NCBI GenBank assembly: GCA_036396795.1
Contig: DASWKF010000085.1
Coordinates: 18,368 to 82,367 of the forward strand
Origin: Gammaproteobacteria bacterium
Lineage (GTDB): Bacteria > Pseudomonadota > Gammaproteobacteria > Steroidobacterales > Rariloculaceae
Length of the DNA stretch: 64,000 nt
Direction: 5' to 3'
Part shown: in pieces, positions 42,241 through 50,231 of the stretch
How positions within the stretch are numbered: position 1 is the stretch's first letter
Layout of the letters: every line of letters starts with the position of its first letter
The notes under the pieces: model-generated
Seen by the model: the letters and a program-made list of their open reading frames with translations, nothing else
The model's database searches: none
Told to the model about the DNA's origin: nothing
Made by a program: the position numbers and the translations under genes

Positions 42241-43074
42241 ATGAAGATGAGCCGCAGTGAGTTTCTGGACTGGCCCAACAAGGCGGTTACCTTGCTGGGA
42301 ATGTCCGGCGTGGGGAAAACCACGCTGGCCAACAAGCTGCCAAAGTCCAAATGGTTTCACTATTCCGGCGACTACAGAATCGGCACCAAGTACCTCGCGG
42401 AGCCCATTCTGGACAACATCAAGCGTCAGGCCATGCAGATCGGCTTCCTGCGCGACTTGCTGCGCAGCGACTCGATCTACATCGCCAGCAATATCACGGT
42501 CCACAATCTCGCGCCTATCGCGACTTTTCTCGGCAAGATCGGCCGCCGCGATCTCGAGGGCTCGAGCGTCGACGAATTCAAGCAGCGCCAGCGACTGCAC
42601 CGCGAGGCCGAGATCGGCGCGATGAAGGACGTCGAGCAGTTCATCGACAAGGCGCAGCAGATCTACGGTTACGAGCACTTCGTCAACGACGCCGGTGGCA
42701 GCATCGTCGAGCTCGACGACCAAGCGGTCTCGGTGCTCGCCGACAATACGCTGATCCTCTACCTTCGAGCCGACTCCACGATGGAGCAAACGATGATTCA
42801 GCGGGCTGAAGACCACCCCAAACCGATGTACTATCACGAGAAGTTCCTCGACGAGCAGCTCGCGCTGTATCTGCAGGAACGGCGGCTGCGAAGCACCGAC
42901 GAGATCGTCCCCGACGATTTCGTGCGTTGGATCTTTCCGCGGCTGCTCGAGCATCGGCGGCCGTTGTATCAGGCCCTCGCCGATGAGCACGGCTACACCG
43001 TCGACGCGCGCGCCGCTGAAAGCATCGAAACGGAGGCGGAATTCCTCGAGCTCGTCGGCCGGGCCTTGGGCTGA
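42241..43074 (+). CDS. P-loop NTPase of unknown function (shikimate/nucleoside-kinase-like Walker A)
   Basis: From ATG 42241: MKMSRSEFLDWPNKAVTLLGMSGVGKTTLANKL. 277 aa. No family recognised. G+C is visibly lower than in the neighbours. Confidence 0.6.
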   Translation: MKMSRSEFLDWPNKAVTLLGMSGVGKTTLANKLPKSKWFHYSGDYRIGTKYLAEPILDNIKRQAMQIGFLRDLLRSDSIYIASNITVHNLAPIATFLGKIGRRDLEGSSVDEFKQRQRLHREAEIGAMKDVEQFIDKAQQIYGYEHFVNDAGGSIVELDDQAVSVLADNTLILYLRADSTMEQTMIQRAEDHPKPMYYHEKFLDEQLALYLQERRLRSTDEIVPDDFVRWIFPRLLEHRRPLYQALADEHGYTVDARAAESIETEAEFLELVGRALG

Positions 43075-43088
43075 CGGGCGCCGCGCCT

Positions 43089-44012
43089 TCAGCCGGCTGC
43101 GAGCGCCCAGACCCAGGCACCGATCAGGATCGCCGCGGCCAGGCCCGCTGAGGCTCGCTGCGCGCCCGCGCGCCTCGGCAGATCGCCGCCGGCGAGCAGG
43201 GCGCCTATACTCAAGCCCGCGAGAAACCCCGTCAAGTGCGCCATGATGTCGACTTGGCCGTCCACGCCGCCGCCGGTGCCGAGGAAGGCCAACAAGCCCA
43301 GTGCCGCCGTCAACGGCGCCACGCGCCGCTTCCAATGCGTGCGCCGAAAGAAGCCGCGGCGCCAGGTGTAGGCCGCGAGCAGCCCAAGCGCCGCGAATAC
43401 GGCCGTCGACGCGCCGACGGCGCGATGCCCGGCAGGCTGGATCAGCGCATTGAGCGCGTTGCCGAGCATCCCTCCGGCGAGTATGCACAGCCACGCCAGC
43501 CCGTTCCCGAGGTAGCGTCCGGCATAGAGTCCGAAGAATCCGCCGAAAACGAGATTCGAGGCGAGATGCGCCGCGTCGACGTGCAGAGTCAGCGCCGTCA
43601 CGGTGCGCCACCATTCGCCGGCGAGCACGCGATCCACGTCCAAGCGCCCCGACGCGACCCAAGGGGCACCGAACAGCTGCTGGTTCGCGGCGATCGCGGC
43701 CATGAGCACGACGGCTGCGTAACCCGCGACACCGGCCCAGCCGCGGTCCACCTCGGCGAGACGAACGGGTCCATGTCGCGGATCGAGCCGCGACTCGGCT
43801 CGATAGGACTCTAGCTCCTCGCTGGCTTGGGCGGCGTTCTCGGCCGGCACGCTGAGCTGCCAGCGGCTTTCGAGCTGCGTCAGCTGATGCTCGATGCCCA
43901 GAGCGCGCAGCACGAAGCTCGCTTCCTCGGCCTGCTTGACGCTGCGCCCTTCGAGCACCACCACCCACGTCCGGGGAGCGGCCTGCCATTTCACGCCTTT
44001 TTGCTCCGACAT
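43089..44012 (-). CDS. rhomboid-family intramembrane serine protease
   Basis: Six-TM core with catalytic GASTAVFAALG (GxSxxxF) and downstream AHLTGF histidine, plus a soluble N-terminal extension of about 90 aa. Confidence 0.8.
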   Translation of the reverse strand: MSEQKGVKWQAAPRTWVVVLEGRSVKQAEEASFVLRALGIEHQLTQLESRWQLSVPAENAAQASEELESYRAESRLDPRHGPVRLAEVDRGWAGVAGYAAVVLMAAIAANQQLFGAPWVASGRLDVDRVLAGEWWRTVTALTLHVDAAHLASNLVFGGFFGLYAGRYLGNGLAWLCILAGGMLGNALNALIQPAGHRAVGASTAVFAALGLLAAYTWRRGFFRRTHWKRRVAPLTAALGLLAFLGTGGGVDGQVDIMAHLTGFLAGLSIGALLAGGDLPRRAGAQRASAGLAAAILIGAWVWALAAG

Positions 44013-44070
44013 ATCCGGTCGACTATATTGTCGAGGCCATCGCTCCGCGCGAGAATCCAGAGGATACGCA

Positions 44071-44547
44071 ATGCTCCGCGCCCACGCTTACGACGAACTC
44101 GATACTTCGCTCGGCGTGATCTCATTCGCCGTCGATCGAGCCGGGCGGCTCAAGCGGTTGGACTTCGGCCGCGCGACGGCGCCCTGTTCGCCGACGCTGC
44201 CCGAGCTGCGCCGCTTCAGCGACCAGCTCGCGGAATATTTCGCCGGCTCACGCACGGCTTTCGACATCGAGCTTGCCCCGGACGGAACGCCGTTTCAACT
44301 CGAAGTCTGGCGGGCGCTGAGCCTGATCCCCTTTGGACGGACGGCAAGCTACGCGGAGATCGCCAGGCGCGTGGGCAAGCCCGGAGCCGCCCGCGCCGTC
44401 GGCCAAGCGAACGGCGCCAATCCGATCCCGATCGTCATTCCCTGCCATCGCGTCATCGCCGCCGACGGCACTCTCGGCGGGTTCTCCAGCGGGCTCGGCA
44501 TCAAACGCAAGTTGTTGGCGCTCGAGCAGATTTCGCTTGCCGCCTGA
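44071..44547 (+). CDS. ogt: methylated-DNA--protein-cysteine methyltransferase
   Basis: From ATG 44071: FQLEVWRALSLIPFGRTASYAEIA and the active site IPIVIPCHRVIAADG. Confidence 0.9.
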   Translation: MLRAHAYDELDTSLGVISFAVDRAGRLKRLDFGRATAPCSPTLPELRRFSDQLAEYFAGSRTAFDIELAPDGTPFQLEVWRALSLIPFGRTASYAEIARRVGKPGAARAVGQANGANPIPIVIPCHRVIAADGTLGGFSSGLGIKRKLLALEQISLAA

Positions 44548-44555
44548 ACGAGCTC

Positions 44556-44945
44556 ATGCATTCTCTGCGCTGTTACCGTTGCGGTGCTTCTCTCGCAAAG
44601 TATTCGCTGCCTTTGAGCCGGCACGACCGTTGCCCGGAATGCGCGGCGGATCTGCGTGCCTGCCGCATGTGCGCGTCGTACGATCCACGGCTGCTGAAGG
44701 CGTGCGCCGAGGACGCGGCGGAGGAAGTGCACGACAAGGTCAAGGCCAATTTCTGTGAATACTTCATCGCGAGCGAAGCCGCGTTCGCGCCCGGCCGCAT
44801 GAGCGCCCACCGGGAAGCCGAGGCTGCGCTCAAGTCGCTGTTCAAAGACAGCCGGAGCGGGGCGCCGGGATCGAGCGAGGACGAGGCCGCGCGCTCCGCC
44901 GACTGCGAGGCCTTGAGACGAGCCGAATCGTTGTTCAAGGACTAG
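44556..44945 (+). CDS. small Cys-rich (zinc-ribbon-like) protein of unknown function
   Basis: 129 aa from ATG 44556: CYRC-X15-CPEC-X6-CRMC, then an acidic/charged tail. It sits in the ogt operon context (9-nt gap upstream, no gap downstream). Confidence 0.55.
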   Translation: MHSLRCYRCGASLAKYSLPLSRHDRCPECAADLRACRMCASYDPRLLKACAEDAAEEVHDKVKANFCEYFIASEAAFAPGRMSAHREAEAALKSLFKDSRSGAPGSSEDEAARSADCEALRRAESLFKD

Positions 44946-45530
44946 ATGCGCACCACTCTTCAAGCCACGTTGCTGTGCGTTTCGATTGCGGTCTCGGCCT
45001 GCGCCAGCCAGCCCAGCTCGACGGCGACGAGCCGGCCGCGAGCCTCGGAGCCCTATCAACAGGACAGCATATTGCGCGAAGCCGAGAGCTTCTTCGGCCG
45101 CGGAGCGCAAGGCGTCGCCGACATCGTCAACCGTGTTTTCACGGACAACGGCCCCCCCGACGCCTACATCAAGGGCGAGGAGGGCGGCGGGGCCGTAGGC
45201 CTGGGGCTGCGCTACGGCCACGGCACGCTCTACTTGCGGGACGGCACGACGTCGAAAGTCTATTGGCGCGGTCCTTCGGTTGGGCTGGACATCGGCGGCA
45301 GCGCGGCCAAGACATTCGTGCTGATCTACAACCTCGCGAGCGTGGAGGAGATTTTTCAGCGCTTCGGCGGTGTCGAGGGCAGCCTCTATTACATCGGCGG
45401 TGTCGGCGTCAACTACAACCGCCAGCAGGACTTGATTCTCGCGCCGGTGCGATTCGGCGTCGGCTGGCGGCAAGGCGTCAGCGTCGGTTATCTGCACATG
45501 TCGCCCGAGCGCTCATGGATTCCGTTCTAG
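44946..45530 (+). CDS. lipoprotein, possibly DUF1134/EipA-like
   Basis: Lipobox AVSAC. Gly-rich beta-type repeats GEEGGGAVGLGLRYGHGTLYL and GPSVGLDIGGSAAKTFVLIYNL. The family assignment is from memory and tentative. Confidence 0.55.
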   Translation: MRTTLQATLLCVSIAVSACASQPSSTATSRPRASEPYQQDSILREAESFFGRGAQGVADIVNRVFTDNGPPDAYIKGEEGGGAVGLGLRYGHGTLYLRDGTTSKVYWRGPSVGLDIGGSAAKTFVLIYNLASVEEIFQRFGGVEGSLYYIGGVGVNYNRQQDLILAPVRFGVGWRQGVSVGYLHMSPERSWIPF

Positions 45531-46252
45531 GCCGACCTGTCCGCGCTCGCCTGCTGCCGCTCGTTGGGCTCGGCGCCCTCGTAGCGGCCGCCGGGCTCGC
45601 GGCCTGCGCGCCGGGTCCGCAGCTTCGGGCCCCGGCGGGCCCGGCGGAAGCGATCGCGCCGGCCGATTTCGGCGGCGAGCTCTATCTGATCGATCCGGAG
45701 GAAAGCGAAATCCACTTGCTGGTGTACCGCACCGGAGCGCTCGCGCGTCTGGGACACAATCATGTCATCGCGGCGCGCGGCTTCTCCGGCCACGTGGCCT
45801 TCTCAACCGAATCCGGGGATTCGGAAGTCACGCTCGAGCTGCCGGTGAGCGCGCTCGAGGTCGATCCGCAGCGCCTTCGCGCTCAATACGGCGAAGCGTT
45901 CTCGAGCGAGCCGACGGTGGCCGACGTCGACGGCACGCGAGCCAACATGCTGGGGCCGGCCTTGCTCGATGCCGAAGCGTATCCCTTCATTCGAATCACA
46001 GGCAGCCTGCGCGGCGGCGCCGATCGGCATTCGCTCGAGGTCTCGATTCTGGTCAAGGAAACTACGGCCCGGCGCGACATTGCGGTCGCACTCGCGCGGT
46101 CCGAGGAACGCATCGTTGCAGAGGGATCGGCCGAGCTCACGCACGGCGAGCTCGGCTTGACGCCGTTCAGCGTCATGCTCGGCGCGCTTCAAGTCGCGGA
46201 TAGCTTCGAGGTGAGGTTGAGGATCGTCGCCAGACGCGCTGACGACAGCTAG
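45515..46252 (+). CDS. YceI-family periplasmic protein
   Basis: From ATG 45515: signal/lipobox (LAAC), SEIHLLVYRTGALARLGHNHVIAA, TVADVDGTRANMLGPALLDAEAYPFIRI. It overlaps the upstream gene by 16 nt. Confidence 0.7.
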   Translation: MDSVLGRPVRARLLPLVGLGALVAAAGLAACAPGPQLRAPAGPAEAIAPADFGGELYLIDPEESEIHLLVYRTGALARLGHNHVIAARGFSGHVAFSTESGDSEVTLELPVSALEVDPQRLRAQYGEAFSSEPTVADVDGTRANMLGPALLDAEAYPFIRITGSLRGGADRHSLEVSILVKETTARRDIAVALARSEERIVAEGSAELTHGELGLTPFSVMLGALQVADSFEVRLRIVARRADDS

Positions 46253-46265
46253 TCGTATTCGAGCT

Positions 46266-47210
46266 CTAGCTTCCGGCGAGCTTTTCTTTCTTCGGCTTAC
46301 CCGCTGCTTCGCGCGCCTCTCTGAGGGCATCGCGCATATTGATCGCGATCGTTCGATCGGGCTGCGCCCCCGCCTCTTCCACGATTTGACTAAAGTCGGT
46401 CTGGGTTCCCGTCTCTTCGGGCGCGAAGATCGGCGGCATGCTCGGCATGGTCCTGGCGAACGTCGGCTCGTCATCGGCGTCGGCCTTCAAGGCATGGAAT
46501 TTCTCTGTCCAGCGGGTCACGCTCGTCTTGAGCTCGGCGATGGTCTGGGCCTGCTTGTCCACTGAGCTTTCGAGCTTGGCGATGATCGCACGCTTCTCAT
46601 CGAGCCGTTCCTCCAACTGCTCGATGCGATCCGAGTCCGTTCGCAGGCTCTGGATCAATGTGTTCTTCGCGTCGAGCTCGGCCCTCACGGCCACGAGCTC
46701 CGTGGTGTCGTCGCTCTTGGTGGCGGCAGCGTCCTCGGCGTCTTTGACCTGCTTCTCCAATCCGGAGATGCATTCCTCGAGCTGTCGCTTGGTTCTCGCG
46801 AACGATGCAATCACTTTGTCTTTGTTCTTGAGCTCTTTGCCGAGGCTGTCGGCCTTCCCCGCGTCTTTTCTGAGGGCGGTGATCAACTCGCGCTTGCTCT
46901 CGAGATCCGCGCTCAACTTCTCGACCTCGACGTCCCGGTCGCGCAACGAGGTGCGCATCGACGCGGCTTCCTCGGCGTCGGCCTTGAGCGTGTCGATGAG
47001 CTTGTCCTGGCCTGCGAGCCGCTCGGTCAGCACGTGAAGCTCGTCCTCGCTGCCGCTGGACGTCTCCTCGAGGGACTTGAACTCGGCACGGGTGTCCTCG
47101 AGCTCCTTGAGAACCATGGACATTTCCGCGCCCCAGTCCGCCAAAAGCTGGGTCAAGCGCTCCCGCAGAGCTCCTATTGGGGTATCCATATTTCTGTATT
47201 TTCCAGTCAC
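46266..47210 (-). CDS. long coiled-coil protein of unknown function
   Basis: 314 aa dominated by heptad-like E/K/L/D repeats (LKELEDTRAEFKSLEE; EVEKLSADLESKRELITALRKD; IEQLEERLDEKRAIIAKLES), with a Pro-rich, basic C-terminus. Start is ATG 47210 or 47189. Confidence 0.6.
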   Translation of the reverse strand: MTGKYRNMDTPIGALRERLTQLLADWGAEMSMVLKELEDTRAEFKSLEETSSGSEDELHVLTERLAGQDKLIDTLKADAEEAASMRTSLRDRDVEVEKLSADLESKRELITALRKDAGKADSLGKELKNKDKVIASFARTKRQLEECISGLEKQVKDAEDAAATKSDDTTELVAVRAELDAKNTLIQSLRTDSDRIEQLEERLDEKRAIIAKLESSVDKQAQTIAELKTSVTRWTEKFHALKADADDEPTFARTMPSMPPIFAPEETGTQTDFSQIVEEAGAQPDRTIAINMRDALREAREAAGKPKKEKLAGS

Positions 47211-47361
47211 TTACGGACGCACGGTGCCCTAGCCACCCGACCATTACGTTGACTTAGTTCACAACTGCGGTGACCCGGGACCGGCTGGCGCTCCCGGTCG
47301 CTGGAACTGAGAATTTCGCCCGGTTTTCGGCGGTGGGCGCCGCGCCGGGGCGGCTTGGGCC

Positions 47362-48417
47362 CTAGCGGAAACGCTGCTGCAGCCTGCCCAGAGTCTCCGC
47401 CCCCGGACAGAGCCGGCGATAGTCGACCTGCGACAGCGGCGTAGCCGTGGTTCTGTTCAGGGTGTGCATCTCGGGCTCGCTCCCATCGATGTAGAGCAGG
47501 CCCGTGACGATCTCTCCCTTCCTGTGGTGGGCGCGAATGTAGTCGATCGCGGCACCGCGATTGTGGAGTTTGTAGTCGTCGCTGATCTTGCGCAGAAGGA
47601 TCTTGCTGCCGTCGTGGAGCTCCACCGACATGACCTCGCCCTCGTCGTAAGCTGCCTTGATCTCCTCGGCAGGCGGGATGTAATCGAGATGCACGGCGCG
47701 ATGAAAAAATTGCCGCGTGTAAGCGTAGCTCTTGGTCGAGTTCTCGTGGTCGTTGAAGGTCACGCAAGGCGAGAGCACGTCCACGAGCGCAAAGCCTTCA
47801 TGCTTGATTGCGGCTTTGAGCAACGGGACCAGTTGCGCCTTGTCGCCCGAGAAGCTTCGCGCCACGAAGGTGCCGCCCAGCGCCATCGCCATCTGGACGG
47901 CGTCCATCGGCGGCTGCTGGTTCACTTCTCCTTTCTTTGCCTTGGAGCCGACGTCTGCAGACGCCGAGAACTGTCCTTTCGTGAGCCCATAGACGCCGTT
48001 GTTCTCGATGATGTAGCACATGTTGAGGTTACGGCGCACGGCATGAGCGAACTGCCCAAGACCGATCGACAGGGAGTCGCCGTCGCCAGAGACTCCCAAC
48101 AGATAAAGCTCCCGATTGGCGGCCGCGGCGCCCGTGGCGACGGACGGCATTCGGCCGTGAACGGAGTTGAAGCCGTGCGAAGCGCTGAGGAAATACGCCG
48201 GTGTCTTGGAGGAGCAGCCGATGCCGCTCATCTTCGCCACGCGGTGCGGTGGAATATCGAGCTCGAAGAAAGCTTGCACGATGGCCGCGGTTACCGAGTC
48301 GTGACCGCAACCGGCGCACAAAGTCGACATGCCGCCCTCGTAGTCACGGATCGTCAGACCCAAAGCGTTGCGGTTGAGGCCGCCGTGAACGATTCTTGGC
48401 TTTGCGATAGAAGTCAT
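47362..48417 (-). CDS. korB: 2-oxoglutarate/2-oxoacid:ferredoxin oxidoreductase, beta (TPP-binding) subunit
   Basis: From ATG 48417: STLCAGCGHDS, GVSGDGDSLSIGLGQ (TPP motif). ATGA start/stop overlap with korA. Confidence 0.88.
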   Translation of the reverse strand: MTSIAKPRIVHGGLNRNALGLTIRDYEGGMSTLCAGCGHDSVTAAIVQAFFELDIPPHRVAKMSGIGCSSKTPAYFLSASHGFNSVHGRMPSVATGAAAANRELYLLGVSGDGDSLSIGLGQFAHAVRRNLNMCYIIENNGVYGLTKGQFSASADVGSKAKKGEVNQQPPMDAVQMAMALGGTFVARSFSGDKAQLVPLLKAAIKHEGFALVDVLSPCVTFNDHENSTKSYAYTRQFFHRAVHLDYIPPAEEIKAAYDEGEVMSVELHDGSKILLRKISDDYKLHNRGAAIDYIRAHHRKGEIVTGLLYIDGSEPEMHTLNRTTATPLSQVDYRRLCPGAETLGRLQQRFR

Positions 48418-50231
48418 GCCGCGACTCCTTTGGCAGCCGCTCGCTCCAACCACTCGATGATGCAACGACAGGTCATCGGCAGGCCGCTGTACTCGAGTAT
48501 GGATTCCATTCTTGCCTTGGGGTAGTCGGTCTCCAAGACGAGCAGGCTTTTCAATTGCGCGTCGCGATTCTGCTCGACGACGAACACTTTGTCATGCTGT
48601 TCCAGAAACTCGGTGATCTCGTCGCCGAAGGGGAACGCCTTCACGCGCAGATAGTTCAGATAAATCCCCTTCGCCGCGAGCTTGTCGATCGCTTCCAGCA
48701 CCGCGTTGTCGCAGCTGCCGACCGAGACGATGGCCATGTCCGTCGGCTTGCGGCTGCGTCGGATCTCCGGCTTGGGAACGAGCCGCGCGGCCGTTCGCCA
48801 CTTCGTCATGAGACGGTCAACGACTTCCTTGTACTCCTCGGAATCCTCGGTATAGGCGCCGAACTTGTTGTGTCCCGAGCCCCTTACGAAGTAGGCGCCT
48901 TTCGGGTGCACCCCCGGGTAGGTTCGATAGGGAATTCCGTCGCCGTCCCGATCCAGATAGCGATGAAACTTCTGCGCCTGCTCGACCGCCTCGGCGTCGA
49001 GCACCTTGCCGCGATCTGGAACGTAGGCGTCGTCCCAGCGCAGCTCCTCACACATCCAATCGTTCATGCCGATGTCGAGATCCAGAAGCACGATCACGGG
49101 TGTCTGAAGGCGGTCGGCCAGATCGAACGCAGTTACCGCCAACTCGAAGCATTCCTTGGGGTCGGCCGGGAACAGCACCACGTGCCGCGTATCGCCATGC
49201 GACGCATAGGCGGCAGCCAAAATGTCGGCTTGTTGCGTTCGAGTCGGCATTCCGGTCGAGGGGCCCACTCTCTGCACGTCGAAAAGCACGGCCGGCAGCT
49301 CGGCGAAATAGGCGAAACCCAGAAACTCGTTCATGAGCGACAAGCCTGGACCGCTCGTCGGCGTGAACGCCCGCGCGCCATTCCAGGAAGCGCCGAGCAC
49401 GATCCCGATCGCTGCGAGCTCATCCTCGGCCTGAATGATGCAATAGTTGCGCTCACCGTTTTCCTTGTTGACACGATAGCGCTCGGCGAACGCCTTGAAA
49501 GCATCCATCAATGATGTCGACGGAGTAATGGGATACCACGCTCCCACGGTTGCGCCGGCGTACACGCATCCAAGCGCCGCCGCTGTATTACCGTCGATCA
49601 TGATATGTCCGGAGGTCTTGTTCAGCGTCTCGACTCGCGTCGGGAGCGGGCATTCGAAATGCTCTCGGACGTAAGCCGCGCCGAGCTCGATGGCATCCAT
49701 GTTGGCTTGAATCAACGTCTCTTTCGAAGCGAAGGTCTCTTCGATGAGCGTCCTGATGATATCCATGTCCAAGTCCAGGAGCGCCGCGAGCGCGCCGACG
49801 TAGGTCATGTTCTTCATGAGAATGCGAGCCCGCGCGTTGCTGAAGTGCTCGTTGCACATCCGCGCCAGAGGAATTCCCAAGATCGTGACATCCGGCCGCG
49901 ACAGGACGCGGTCCCTGGGCCAGGTCGAGTCGTAGATCAGCACGCCCCCGCTGGTGACGTCCTTGAGATCCTTCTGGTAGGTTTGGGCGTTCATCGCGAC
50001 CATCACGTCGACGTTGCCCGATCGCGCGAGATAGGCATCCTTGGTGACCCTGATCTCATACCAGGTGGGAAGCCCTTGGATATTGCTGGGGAAAAAATTC
50101 TTGCCCATGACGGGAACACCCATCCTGAAGATGACCTTCATCAACAGGGTATTCGCGCTCGCGGATCCGGTGCCGTTGACGTTGGCCAGCCGGATTACGA
50201 AATCGTTTATCCGGCTTTTCGTTGCCGACAT
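48414..50231 (-). CDS. korA: 2-oxoglutarate/2-oxoacid:ferredoxin oxidoreductase, alpha subunit with fused gamma domain
   Basis: 605 aa. N-terminal gamma-like segment (NVNGTGSASANTLL), then alpha-domain signatures (GAWYPITPST, GPGLSLMNE). Confidence 0.88.
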   Translation of the reverse strand: MSATKSRINDFVIRLANVNGTGSASANTLLMKVIFRMGVPVMGKNFFPSNIQGLPTWYEIRVTKDAYLARSGNVDVMVAMNAQTYQKDLKDVTSGGVLIYDSTWPRDRVLSRPDVTILGIPLARMCNEHFSNARARILMKNMTYVGALAALLDLDMDIIRTLIEETFASKETLIQANMDAIELGAAYVREHFECPLPTRVETLNKTSGHIMIDGNTAAALGCVYAGATVGAWYPITPSTSLMDAFKAFAERYRVNKENGERNYCIIQAEDELAAIGIVLGASWNGARAFTPTSGPGLSLMNEFLGFAYFAELPAVLFDVQRVGPSTGMPTRTQQADILAAAYASHGDTRHVVLFPADPKECFELAVTAFDLADRLQTPVIVLLDLDIGMNDWMCEELRWDDAYVPDRGKVLDAEAVEQAQKFHRYLDRDGDGIPYRTYPGVHPKGAYFVRGSGHNKFGAYTEDSEEYKEVVDRLMTKWRTAARLVPKPEIRRSRKPTDMAIVSVGSCDNAVLEAIDKLAAKGIYLNYLRVKAFPFGDEITEFLEQHDKVFVVEQNRDAQLKSLLVLETDYPKARMESILEYSGLPMTCRCIIEWLERAAAKGVAA

